Source of the DNA: Leidyana gryllorum EB-2025a
Lineage: Eukaryota; Protista; Apicomplexa
Direction of reading: 5' to 3'
Assembly (NCBI GenBank): GCA_048772705.1
Contig: JBLWGC010000002.1
Coordinates: 186,001 to 250,000 of the forward strand
Length of the DNA: 64,000 nucleotides
The position numbers and the translations under genes are program-made. Under the pieces are notes generated by a model that was not told the DNA's origin, did not search any database, and saw only the letters and a program-made list of their open reading frames with translations. Shown piece after piece: positions 12,665-22,938 of the stretch (positions are counted from its first letter, which is position 1; the number at the start of each line of letters is the position of its first letter).

Positions 12665-14478
12665 ATGATGATGATGAACACATCAGTGCTTGGAGCTATT
12701 TCTATCTTCATGAGCGCCACCGCCGAAGGCAACACTATTGTTATGCCGTACATGGACTATGAAATCGTATTCGAGAACCTCGAGAATGTCGTCCGCCCTA
12801 CAGCTCAAACACACGTACAACCTAAAGTCTTTCCTGGTACGTACAAATCTACATTCCACACACCACTCTTTCAACTTACAGGAAACCTCAAAATACGTGA
12901 TCGTACATCCCATATGTCCTTCAGTCTCCCCCTGGAGACAGAGATGACGCTATTACGTCGTTTGACCAATCAACCTCTTTTGGTCGTTGGATCGTACGAA
13001 GATGCCGACTTGGCCGCTTGGCCCGAGCAAAATATAGTTGAAGAATGTAAGTTTGTCTAACAGGACATGTTCCCATGCTACGATCAGTGGAGGAAAATGC
13101 TGTTCTGCCTGTCGAATCTCAAGGCGAAGAGCAGTTGGATGGATTCGCTGTTGAGGAAATCGCGTTTTTGCCGGCCGAACCAATTGCTGAGGAGGAAATC
13201 AATGAACCCGCTGACGAGTTGGTCGAAGATGAGAAGTTCAACGGGTTCGTTGTTGAAGCCGATGCTCTCACCCTGGAATCCGACGCGGAGGAGCAATTGG
13301 ACGGATTCGTTGTCGCAGAAAATGCTGCTGGAGCCATCGAAGCCAGCAGCGAGGAGGAGGTGAATGGATCGATTGTTGAACAGAATATTGTACTACCGAT
13401 CGGATCGGACGAAGAGCATCTGGACGGTTTTGCTGTTCCTGTGGAGTCCAACGAGGGGGAGCAGTTGGACGAAATCGCTGATGAGGAGGCTGTCGTTTCA
13501 GTCGAGTCAAACGACGACGACGAAGCCCAGTTGGATGGGTTCTCGGTTGGGGAACCCGCGAACGCTGCGGTAGAGAAGATACCCAGCGACATCGAAAGCA
13601 GTGATGGTGAGGAAGATCAGCCGTTACACGCAATATCCCGTCTTTTCAGTCGACACCTTTGAAGCTCCTTTGTTAGACATCATTGCTGATGCTGAACCCA
13701 CTGCATCAGAAGAAACAGTTAGCGGTCAGTCCGCCCTCATCGACACCGAAGGTAGGAACGCGCAGGTTCTTCGAATTCAACATCGCGCAGAAGTCGTTGG
13801 GGCACAGAACTCCGACCACGATGCAGAAAGCGCTGTCAAAGAGCCGCAGCCTCATTGTGAGTGTAGCCGTGGAATGCAGTGTCAGACAGCAGATTCTTTC
13901 AGTCCCGCGCCGCGGCATTATAGTCCAAACTTCCCCAGAAATCTCGCACTATCTGCCGCTCATCCTGAACGGTCAGAGCGCTCATGGAAGTACCGATGAG
14001 TCGATGGAAGTGTCAATTGGTGAGTGGGCTGTCGGATTGTTTAGTGAATATTGAACCCGCAGTGACCGAAGTGTTGGAGGCACTTGAGGCCGTTGAGGCG
14101 GGGAAGAATAGAGTACCGGTGGTTTCTAGGATTGTGTTCCCCGAGCCCATTCCGAAGGGCCCCGCGCTCACCATCCATCATCTTCGATCTGCCCGTGACG
14201 AAGCCGCTCGTCACGAAAAGAGTCTGATGGGGAGGTGGGCAGACTATCTGGCCGGCCTTGTACCCACTTGGGACGAGTTGAAGTTCACGTTCCTCGGAAT
14301 CTCTGATCTTGGATACAGCCCGGAATTCATGGATGAAGGATTCCTGAGATCAGCGCGTCGCCTCCTCAGAGATGGCGGTTTCACCCAGAACGTAATTATT
14401 GTGAGCGTGGCAGTTATCAGTGTTGCCGGTGTGTCCCTTTTGACTGTACGTGCCTGTCATCCCAGCGAGCAGCTGTAG
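12665..14478 (+). CDS. Acidic-repeat membrane protein, copy 5 (type B, two 20-aa repeats shorter)
   Basis: 120-nt in-frame deletion of two 60-nt repeats. The apparent 2-nt frameshift near 13642 falls inside predicted intron 13607-13649, so the spliced frame is intact. Extra intron 14020-14062. Confidence 0.75.
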
Positions 14479-15119
14479 TGACAGGTGTGTCCCTTTTGAC
14501 TGTACGTGCCTGTCATCCCAGCAGGCAGCTGTAGTGACATCAACTGACGTGCATAAAGTGTGTGTATATTTAATAATCTCGACTCCGAAGGAAGCAGTTA
14601 GACACGTTCGAATACATTGATAATACCCTCGTGTGGGAGAAGACATTCATATATGCATTGAGTGAGGGTTTCAGCCCCGAGGGCCACGACTTTCGCTTTG
14701 CCAGTCATTAGATCTGGGTCTGGTCAAGTTCACGTAATCACGCACACGAAGATCGAAAGTTCACTCACACACGTGTGTCCGTGTCTCTCTGATGCCGGCC
14801 GGCAATCCCGGAGAAACCGTCCTTCGGCTGTCCACGCTGTTAGTGATCCCGACACCACCAGTAGCTTGGTAGTTGGTAGTCGGAATCAACCTACCGGTGG
14901 TGTCAGAGTCACTGACAGCTGGCTGGCCGAGGGAATGTGCCTATCTGAGTTCGCTCAGTGGGTGATTTGACGTCCTGTGAGCAGACGGCCGCCTTGGAGC
15001 GTGCCGTGGGTTGCGTGCAGGAGAGGAGGCGGGACTAGCAGCGGCCGTGGCGTGCTAGAACAGGGTCGCAATATGCGTCAATTGACAAGTTGACCGCCAT
15101 ATTGGATTTGGGTTCCCAA

Positions 15120-15431
15120 ATGCAGTCAGTGGTGTTAGAATTGCTTAGACAACAAGTCAGTCGGATGATTGATTTGTTTGATACTGAACAGGTGGTCGAG
15201 TAAGTAGGAGTTGTCGAGTAGGCAGGCGACCTTCCTATTGGTAGACGCGCTGAAGAAGACAAACAGAGCAATTCCAAAGGCAATGTCGATTATATCAATG
15301 ATCTAAAAGAGGATTTCAGCAGCGAGTCAATGAGATTGGTGGGAGGTTGCCTTCGTTTCACGTCAAAAATGGTGACGCTGAGCGCAATGTCACGCTCTCA
15401 ACGTCGAGTCGCCTTGACACAGGGCACTTAG
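15120..15431 (+). CDS. Possible small spliced hypothetical gene or gene remnant
   Basis: A 45-nt gtaagt..ggtag intron (15200-15244) removes two in-frame stops, giving MQSVVLELLRQQVSRMIDLFDTEQVVERAEEDKQ...; 5' end unclear. Confidence 0.3.
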
Positions 15432-15499
15432 TTGTTTGCGTTTGCCTTTGCTATGTCGGTGGGTACAACACAGCGCGGCTTGTTGGGTTAGCCGATTTT

Positions 15500-17008
15500 T
15501 TAAGACTTGACATCGGATCGAAAGAGTGTGGCGCTGAGCAAACTTCGGAATTTGGCCCGGCATCCTGGGGGGGTGGGCTCCTGATCATTTGTGGAGTACA
15601 GTTTGCGTAACCTTTCGAGGTCTGAGAAGGAGCAAGTTCGTTGTCGATACTCGAATTGGCCATTTCTGAGGCACATTCGAGAGCCTCGATCCTGTGCATT
15701 CCTTCGTTTATCCCAGTAGGAGCTATCGGGTGCGGGCGGAGTGTGTGTTAAGTGTGCAATGGAGGGTCGGTCTTGAAGCTGTTTGCGTCGTGGAGGTCTT
15801 CTGGGTCGTCTTTGATCGAGTACGGTGATATTCTTTGCATTCAGGAGATCGTGGGCGTAGATGGCGGCTCCTCGCGCGACGATCCCTTCAATTTCGACAT
15901 TGGGAAGTACGTAATCTTCATTTTTCCCCTCGAATTCGGCCCTAACTATCTTTTTGATTTTGGGGATCCGCGTGGAGCCTCCGATGAGGAGGACCTCATC
16001 GATTTCCTGTTTTTCAACTCCGGAGTACAGCATGAGATCTTTGAGAAGTTTTTGGCACTTCTTGAAGATATTGGCGTTGATTTCCTCGAAGGTCTCAATG
16101 GTAATGCAAAGAGTCCATTTTTCTTCATTGCTGATATCGAGTTCCAGATCAACGGCTGGAAGGGCTGAGAGGAGATGTTTGGCTTTGATACACTCATTGT
16201 TCAGCTTATATAAGAGTGGTTTGTCATTGGCGATATTTTTGTGATATTTCTTCTCGAATTCCCGGACACAATAATCGACCATATTATTGTCGATATCGAC
16301 TCCCCCACAGCGGTGGTCTCCTTCGCTGGCCTTGAGTTGAATGATAGTGCGATCCTTTTTGACAATTTTGATCAGTGAGGCGCCAGCCGACCCGCCGCCC
16401 ATCCCAAACACGACCAGAGTGGTCCCGGTGACGGTTCTGTTTGAGGCGTAGGCGATTGCGGTGGCAGTGGACTCGGTGATGAGGCCCAAAACATTCAGAT
16501 GGATAAAGGCTGCGGCGTCTCGAAGGACCAAACTTTGCGAATAGGAAAAGGCGTCCGGGAGAGTGAGGACAGCTCCATCAATAAATTGGCCAATAGCGCT
16601 GGAGGCAATGTCTATCATATGGAGGAGGAGGAATTCGACGAGATCCTGAGTGATATGCACTCTATTTTGGCCGACTTGGGTTGGGGGCAGTGGGATTTGC
16701 GCCTGATCGTTCATCTGGACGATGAGTGGGAAGGGCCAATGAGAGATGAAATATTCTGCCATTGGGTCGGCGGGCGTGAGACCCATCCATCGTTTGATGT
16801 GGAAAGCGGTTTTGTGAATATTCTCCGGAGTGCACCTCAGAGAAGCCGCGTCGCCCACAAACCGTTTCCCACTATCGTCAAACAGTATCACGCTGGGAAT
16901 AAGTTTCTTATTCTGTTCGAGATGAACGGTCTCCAAGCCCCGTTTCCCATTATGGATTGCCACACGACAGTAGCACGTCCCGAAATCCAATCCTATTCCG
17001 TCCATCAT
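15500..17008 (-). CDS. Atypical Hsp70-family protein 1 (NBD only plus basic tail)
   Basis: GLDFGTCY, HIKRWMG, LITESTATAIAY, FGMGGGS, GDHRCGGVDID, LIGGSTRIP, IVARGAA; no substrate-binding domain after linker NITVLD. First ATG at 17008. Confidence 0.9.
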   Translation of the reverse strand: MMDGIGLDFGTCYCRVAIHNGKRGLETVHLEQNKKLIPSVILFDDSGKRFVGDAASLRCTPENIHKTAFHIKRWMGLTPADPMAEYFISHWPFPLIVQMNDQAQIPLPPTQVGQNRVHITQDLVEFLLLHMIDIASSAIGQFIDGAVLTLPDAFSYSQSLVLRDAAAFIHLNVLGLITESTATAIAYASNRTVTGTTLVVFGMGGGSAGASLIKIVKKDRTIIQLKASEGDHRCGGVDIDNNMVDYCVREFEKKYHKNIANDKPLLYKLNNECIKAKHLLSALPAVDLELDISNEEKWTLCITIETFEEINANIFKKCQKLLKDLMLYSGVEKQEIDEVLLIGGSTRIPKIKKIVRAEFEGKNEDYVLPNVEIEGIVARGAAIYAHDLLNAKNITVLDQRRPRRPPRRKQLQDRPSIAHLTHTPPAPDSSYWDKRRNAQDRGSRMCLRNGQFEYRQRTCSFSDLERLRKLYSTNDQEPTPPGCRAKFRSLLSATLFRSDVKS

Positions 17009-17236
17009 TCCCGGGCCAATAATCTTTTTTGTTACCGACCATAACTCATTGTTCACTTATATAACGAAATACTCAACAATGTCATCTGTAATGGGCCCAA
17101 TATACATCGGGGGGCAGAGAGCAGCTCCCCCCCCGCTCCCTGCCCGCGGCTCGTCGAGAAATATCTCTCGCCGACTTGAGTAGGAGAGGCCTTTGTGCCC
17201 TCTCCTCCTCCTCCTCACTGCCCTCTTTTTCAAGGA

Positions 17237-18838
17237 TCACTCAGCGGCCTCAAAGTTGTCTTTGATGTGATCGATCTCAATTTCGGAGAGTCTGCCTTTG
17301 GCGTCGGCATCTTCGACTTCGAGATTTCGGTTATCCGATTTTTGGATCACAGTGAGGTGAGTGATACAGTCGGCGTCGATATCGAAAGTGGCCTCGAATT
17401 GGGGCCCTCCTTTGGGTCCGCGGGGGATATGTTCGATTTCATAGTGTCCCATTAAGTGATTTTCGTCCGTCATAACCCGGTCGCCTTCAAAGATTTCGAG
17501 GCTCAATGTGCTCTGATTGTCTGTGTGTGTGGTGAATGTGTCCTTTTTGGTCGTTGGAATGCGAATGAACCGATCAAAGACAATTCTCATCACTCCCGAG
17601 CCAAACTCGACGCCTATAGAGAGCGGGAGGATCTCGAGGACTCTCAGTTTCTTGGAGAGGGCGTCACTGGGCTCGCGGTGGTCTGCGAGGGTCGCGGCGT
17701 AAATGGCCGCTCCGCGGACAGCTGCGAGGTCGGGGTCGATAGAGCTGTAGTCACAGGACTGTTTGAGTATCTCTTTGACCAGTTTCCGGAGAGTGGGTAT
17801 GGCGGTCGACCGTCCCGAGAGAACAATCTCCGAGATGTCATTGGGTTTCAGGTTGGCCTCTTTGACAGTCTCTTCGAGACACATTAGGATTCCCAGGAAG
17901 AAGGCTTTGTTGACATCTTCGACGTGATTCTTTGTGAGTTTCATCGAGAACTCCATATCTTCGGTCGCCATAGACACTGTGGTTTCCTCCTCGGAGGAGA
18001 GAGCAATTTTGGCTTTCTCGCATACGTCAGTGAGCCGTCGCACAAAGAGGGGATCGTCGCTCAGATCTCGGTGAAACTTTTTCCTCAGTCGACCGATACA
18101 GTGGCGAGTGATATTATCCGTAAAGTCCTGACCCCCACACAAAGAGGCCCCCATTGTCGTTTTCACCTCCAATATGCCGTCCTCCACACTGATTATAGAC
18201 ACATCAAAGCTTCCGCTCCCCAAATGAAACACACAAATGTTCCGCTTCCCACTCATATCGGTATCCGCTGTGACTCCCTCAGCCTTCTCACGACAAGTTT
18301 CGTTAGTTATCGCCGCAGCTGTGGGCTCATTCACCAGTCGCAGCACCTCCAACCCGGCGATGGCAGCCGCATCCTTCATGGCCTGACGCTGGCCGTCCGT
18401 GAAACACGCCGGCACGGTGAGCACTGCCGATGCCACCTGCTGTCCCAAGTGCTCTTCAGCGAGTGCGCGCAGCTTCGCCAAGATGATGGCCACAACTTCT
18501 TCCGCGTGCAGAGTTCGCATTTCACCCCTATCGCGCACAAACAATAACGGTTTGTGGTGCCAATGATTCAATGGCCACCGGTTCGGATCCGACGAAGCGA
18601 TCGCATCGTCGTCCGATCGACGACCCAACAACCGTTTAATATCGTATATGGTGTTGCGCAGATTCTCCTGAGTTTGCTCCACTGCGTCCTGTCCCACCAA
18701 ACGTCCCCCATCCGTGAAAGCTACAACAGATGGAATCGTCGCAATGATCTCCACCTCTCCATTGTCTTTCTGCACAGCCACTCGCGAGAATGACTGACCG
18801 ACATCAATACCGATCGACACTCCTCGACCCGATTCCAT
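17237..18838 (-). CDS. Atypical Hsp70-family protein 2 (NBD plus SBD-beta, no lid)
   Basis: GIDVGQSF, TVPACFTDGQRQAMKDAA, LVNEPTAAA, FHLGSGSFDVS, FTTHTDNQ, FEGDR; ends just after GRLSEIEID. Confidence 0.93.
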   Translation of the reverse strand: MESGRGVSIGIDVGQSFSRVAVQKDNGEVEIIATIPSVVAFTDGGRLVGQDAVEQTQENLRNTIYDIKRLLGRRSDDDAIASSDPNRWPLNHWHHKPLLFVRDRGEMRTLHAEEVVAIILAKLRALAEEHLGQQVASAVLTVPACFTDGQRQAMKDAAAIAGLEVLRLVNEPTAAAITNETCREKAEGVTADTDMSGKRNICVFHLGSGSFDVSIISVEDGILEVKTTMGASLCGGQDFTDNITRHCIGRLRKKFHRDLSDDPLFVRRLTDVCEKAKIALSSEEETTVSMATEDMEFSMKLTKNHVEDVNKAFFLGILMCLEETVKEANLKPNDISEIVLSGRSTAIPTLRKLVKEILKQSCDYSSIDPDLAAVRGAAIYAATLADHREPSDALSKKLRVLEILPLSIGVEFGSGVMRIVFDRFIRIPTTKKDTFTTHTDNQSTLSLEIFEGDRVMTDENHLMGHYEIEHIPRGPKGGPQFEATFDIDADCITHLTVIQKSDNRNLEVEDADAKGRLSEIEIDHIKDNFEAAE

Positions 18839-19234
18839 TATGCAAACGATCAAATGTGCGATACCCGCGCATTACAACACATGCTGATCGAATCCCAATA
18901 TTGGGCGGCACCTCAATCCATTACATTCGGCTGGGGTACTTTGAACTTTGAACTTTAAATTCAAAAGTCGAAGCTCAAAACTCGCAGCCTTTTTCATCAA
19001 CCAGGGCTACTACCGTTAAGGCGACTGACAGTTTGACATACGTATACGGCGGTTTCGAAATAGTTATGGCCGCGGTCAGCATAATCAATGTTAGTCCCGT
19101 CTTTCAGAAGCGAAAGAGAGCTCTGATCGCAAAGTATGGCAAATGTATAACAGCGATGGATCAATCCAAGTTCTCGTGTCCCTTAATTCTTGACGCCTTG
19201 GATGGAATCTTCTTTTCAGGGCCCTCAATCTGTG

Positions 19235-19241
19235 CGTGTGC

Positions 19242-19275
<34 letters not shown>
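19235..19275. repeat. (GT)n microsatellite
   Basis: Long uninterrupted GT run just downstream of the Hsp70-like gene 3 stop. Confidence 0.95.
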
Positions 19276-19277
<2 letters not shown>

Positions 19278-19319
19278 GCTTTGAATGTGTGTTCACAATC
19301 CGCCATGGATATTTGTGGC

Positions 19320-20996
19320 TTAAGATGTGGGTGGCGACGCCGGATTGGGAGGCGACGTGGGGTTGGGGGGCGAGGCCGGGTTGGGGGGCGAGGCCGGGTT
19401 AGAGGCGGGAGCAGCGATTGGGGGGTTCCCTCTGTTCCAGTATTCGTCGAGCATTGTGGCGAGTCGGGCTCTGTCTTCGCGTCCGAGATGCGGTTTCTTG
19501 ACTCGGGTTTTGACGGGGAAGCCGTTTCGGGTTGCGCGTATATTGACGAATCCTTCCTCATCAAAGTCGAATAGGACGTCGACTTCGAGTTCTCCGGCGG
19601 CAGCCCGCGGGAGGTAACAAATGTAAAAGAGTCCCAGGAGTCTATTCTTGCGCATATCGCGATGTTCACCTTCGATGAGTCGAAGGATAATGCATTGTTG
19701 ATTGGTGACGGTGGTGTAGAATTTGCGAGCGCGGGTGGTGGGAGTGGCATCTGTGCGACGAATCAATGGCTGCAGCTCTCCAGAGGCGTCTTGGAGCATA
19801 ACAGAGTGTGAGGGGACCTCCAGAAAGTAGAACTGCTCATCGTGGAAGCATCCGTCGTGGTCGCTGATGACAGACGCGATGCAGGTGCCCAGTACGGCAC
19901 AGAGATCGTAGTTCATCTCGCGTCTGGGTGAGTCTCCGCGGAAGTATGAGCGAACTGCGCGTTTGACAGCCGGAATGGCTGTGGAACCGCCGACAAAGAC
20001 GATTTCCTGAACCTGATTGAGGACAGAGTACCTGACGTCTCCACTGAGTCGAGACAAGGCATAGGGGATCATATCCAAGTAGGGCTCTATGAACTTTTCG
20101 AAGAGTTCTCGAGACAGAGCGATCCTTGCATTTTCTCCGGTGCGGTGATTGATATCGAGTTCCACGACAGCCCAAAGCTGTTCGGACAGCTGATGTTTCG
20201 CGCGGTTGCACTCGTTCCAGAGTCGTGTGTACATTGGTGTGTTGGCCACGATTGCCACATCATAGACCTCCTCAATGGCGACTTGGCAGTATTCGACAAT
20301 TTTGTCGGTGAAATCCATTCCTCCGATGGGACATTCGCTCGCAGTCCCCTTCACATCGTACGCGTTGCCGTCGATCGACACGAACGACACGTCCATGAAA
20401 CCGCCTCCCATACTGAAGATGAGCACATTGTCCGGGTGCTCGTGGAAGTGGTCGGGGAACCCGTAGCCAATGGCGGCCGCCAAGGGCTCATTGATGAGCC
20501 GACAGCGCTCCAGACCCGCCAGAGTCGCCGCGTCCTTGACACATTGCCGTTGATACTCGTTGAACGACGCGGGCACAGTGATCGTTGCGGCAGTCACCTT
20601 TCCGCCGACGCGGATCTCTGCCTTCTTGACCAGATATTTAATGAGCATCGCGGCAATCTGTTCTGCGTAAAAGTTCTCCGTGTTGCCCTCCTTATCTATG
20701 GGCACGCGGGCCAACGGTCTGTCCTTCTGGAGCACCACATCCCACTGCCGACTTTGGATAATGTCAAACCCGGGCTCCTTTGCCGAGCGACCCAGCAGTC
20801 GACGGATGCGCTGCACTGATCTCGGACCCAATTCCTCTCCAATGACCGCATCGCCAATCTGAATTCCCTCTTCAGTAATGGCCACCGCAGATGGGATAGT
20901 CGTAATCACGTCGGGACTTCGGCGGTCCCTCAAGACAGCCACTCGGGAAAAAGAAGTGCCTAAATCGATACCAATACTCGGAATGGGGGGCGGCAT
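19320..20996 (-). CDS. Atypical Hsp70-family protein 3 (NBD plus SBD-beta plus Pro-rich tail)
   Basis: GIDLGTSF, TVPASFNEYQRQCVKDAA, LINEPLAAAIGYG, FSMGGGFMDVS, FVGGSTAIP; C-terminal (PASPPN)n. Confidence 0.93.
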   Translation of the reverse strand: MPPPIPSIGIDLGTSFSRVAVLRDRRSPDVITTIPSAVAITEEGIQIGDAVIGEELGPRSVQRIRRLLGRSAKEPGFDIIQSRQWDVVLQKDRPLARVPIDKEGNTENFYAEQIAAMLIKYLVKKAEIRVGGKVTAATITVPASFNEYQRQCVKDAATLAGLERCRLINEPLAAAIGYGFPDHFHEHPDNVLIFSMGGGFMDVSFVSIDGNAYDVKGTASECPIGGMDFTDKIVEYCQVAIEEVYDVAIVANTPMYTRLWNECNRAKHQLSEQLWAVVELDINHRTGENARIALSRELFEKFIEPYLDMIPYALSRLSGDVRYSVLNQVQEIVFVGGSTAIPAVKRAVRSYFRGDSPRREMNYDLCAVLGTCIASVISDHDGCFHDEQFYFLEVPSHSVMLQDASGELQPLIRRTDATPTTRARKFYTTVTNQQCIILRLIEGEHRDMRKNRLLGLFYICYLPRAAAGELEVDVLFDFDEEGFVNIRATRNGFPVKTRVKKPHLGREDRARLATMLDEYWNRGNPPIAAPASNPASPPNPASPPNPTSPPNPASPPTS

Positions 20997-21104
20997 TGTG
21001 TAATATCTCACTTCAAAGTCAATTCCACTTAATGTGTCTTAAGTGTCCACGCCCCATATTTCACTCACACACCTCAAGCATGCGACACGCTTGGCTTCTC
21101 CTCC

Positions 21105-22844
21105 TCAATCAAAGCTCACTAAGCGGTCAATGACCCCTTTTTCGATTTCAATATCGGAATGAAAGTGTTCTTTCTCCCATTTCTCATTCACAATCCGTAA
21201 ACTCAAAGACTCCACCCGCTTAGTCGCCGTTTCCAGACGTTCACTCGACAGTAACCCTTTCACAACGGTTATTCGGTGCGCCTCCGGGGCCACCGCCTGG
21301 AAGATGCCATTCGCGTCCACCTCCATCGCCAAATCTAACATCGGAACACCCCGTTCAGACGGACCAACGCTCTCAATGTCCACCGTACACAATACCGCCG
21401 TCCGCCCAGAATCACTCAAATCCTCAGCCTCACCCTCGTACACTTGAACAGCCACACTCGGCTGATTGTGTGCGTGTGTGGTGAAGGAGTGTGTGAATTT
21501 GGCGGGTATTGGTGAGTTGCGTGGGAGTAATGTACTGATTCCCTCGCGATTCACCTGGACGCCGATCGTTCTCGGACAGATATCGAGTGTGATCAGATCT
21601 TTCAGCTTTGTGGGGGTGCAGCCGGCTGCGATAGCGCCCACCAAAGCCGCCCCATAGACGACGACTTCCTCCAGCGGGGACTCTGTGCATTCGGTCTCTG
21701 ACTTGTTGAGAAACTCTAAGAGTCCCTGGCGTAACGTGGGGGTGTGGGCGGCTCCGCCGGCGAAGACAATTCGGAAAATGTTCACCGGATTCACCTTTGA
21801 GTCGTTAAGGGCGTCTTGAGTCAGACTGCAGACTTTTGCCACGAGATCTTTGAACAGATCTCTCAATTGATCTTTTTTGAGGACGACATTGATTTTGACG
21901 CCCTCCAACTCCACATCGATAGCCGTCGACGGGTCACCGATCAAAAGCACTTTAGCCTTCTCACACTCCTCAGCCAACCGACGGATACTCGTTGGACTCC
22001 CGCGCAACGTTTTCGTGTCGATCCCTCTCTTCTCCACCTCCTCCAAACAGTACCGCAGAATCGCGTTATCGAAATCGTCTCCGCCAAAGGCGCTCAGACC
22101 TTTCGTCACTCGAACCTCTGCAAAGTCCTGATCCATATTGACGATGGCCACATCCGTATTCCCGCCGCCCACATTCGCCAACAACACGTTCTGTGCTCCA
22201 AAGGACCACTCATTGTCAAAAAGGTACGCTACGCACGTCGCGGTCGTCGCCGTAACCAGCCGAAGCACTCGCAGCCCAGCAATAGCAGCCGCCTGCAACA
22301 GACTCTCTCGCTGACAGTCTCTGTAATGGGATGGGATCGTCAGAACGCACTCGTTCACACACTCCCCGAGGTGCTTCTCAGCCATCTCCTTCAGCTTCAA
22401 CAGAACCAAAGCGCATAGCTCCTGGAGGCTAAAGAAACTCTCTTTCGAATCCTTCGACCGCACACACACTCCCAACACATTGTCCTCTTCGACCGTCAAC
22501 GAGAACGGGAGGCGTTGCTGCTCGTCTTTCACGTGATCGTCGTCCAAATTCAGCCCCAGAAATCGCATCCACATAAACACAGTGTTGGCCAAGTTGTCCT
22601 CCCGGAACTGAGCCTCCTTGCTGGCCTCGCCAACAAGGATCTGCCCATCGGCACTGAACGTCACGTACGAGGGTATCGCTCGCTCCCCATTCCCGTCCCG
22701 AATTATCTCCACTTTCCCCTCTCGAAACACACTCGCCCGACAATGGTGGGTGCCGAGATCAAACGCTACCACACTCGACCCTTTGGCTGCTGGCATGGTG
22801 CACACTCTCTGGTCAACGAGTTTGAGGGGAGTCGGACAACGCAT
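21105..22844 (-). CDS. Atypical Hsp70-family protein 4 (NBD plus SBD-beta, predicted ATPase-deficient)
   Basis: AFDLGTHH, GERAIPSYVTF, ANVGGGNTDV, FGGDDFD, VVVYGAA, DLITLDICP, FTTHAHNQP. Alternative start at 22796. Confidence 0.93.
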   Translation of the reverse strand: MRCPTPLKLVDQRVCTMPAAKGSSVVAFDLGTHHCRASVFREGKVEIIRDGNGERAIPSYVTFSADGQILVGEASKEAQFREDNLANTVFMWMRFLGLNLDDDHVKDEQQRLPFSLTVEEDNVLGVCVRSKDSKESFFSLQELCALVLLKLKEMAEKHLGECVNECVLTIPSHYRDCQRESLLQAAAIAGLRVLRLVTATTATCVAYLFDNEWSFGAQNVLLANVGGGNTDVAIVNMDQDFAEVRVTKGLSAFGGDDFDNAILRYCLEEVEKRGIDTKTLRGSPTSIRRLAEECEKAKVLLIGDPSTAIDVELEGVKINVVLKKDQLRDLFKDLVAKVCSLTQDALNDSKVNPVNIFRIVFAGGAAHTPTLRQGLLEFLNKSETECTESPLEEVVVYGAALVGAIAAGCTPTKLKDLITLDICPRTIGVQVNREGISTLLPRNSPIPAKFTHSFTTHAHNQPSVAVQVYEGEAEDLSDSGRTAVLCTVDIESVGPSERGVPMLDLAMEVDANGIFQAVAPEAHRITVVKGLLSSERLETATKRVESLSLRIVNEKWEKEHFHSDIEIEKGVIDRLVSFD

Positions 22845-22938
22845 GCCCGCGCCAAAGTCTATCAGCGCGAGAAAAATACCACTGCACTCGCTCGCTCGCT
22901 GACAAAGTCCTCACTGCTGCCTGAGCGGTGCTGATGGA

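Larger units (their letters stand above)
1..14630. repeat. Tandem array of ~2.78-kb units (5 complete plus a partial unit at the left edge); A/B higher-order dimer of ~5.56 kb
   Basis: Near-identical sequence recurs with gene starts at 1535, 4309, 7099, 9876 and 12665 (periods 2774, 2790, 2777, 2789). Homology stops after 'aataccctc' at 14630, which places the unit junction at ~849/850. Confidence 0.97.

Noticed and set aside
13630-13662. Frameshift making array copy 5 a pseudogene
   Set aside because: The 2-nt deletion lies inside predicted intron 13607-13649; splicing restores the frame.
14350-14646. Minus-strand 98-aa ORF at the array end
   Set aside because: Antisense to the TM exon and 3' UTR; its start lies outside the repeat, and it is not open in the other copies.
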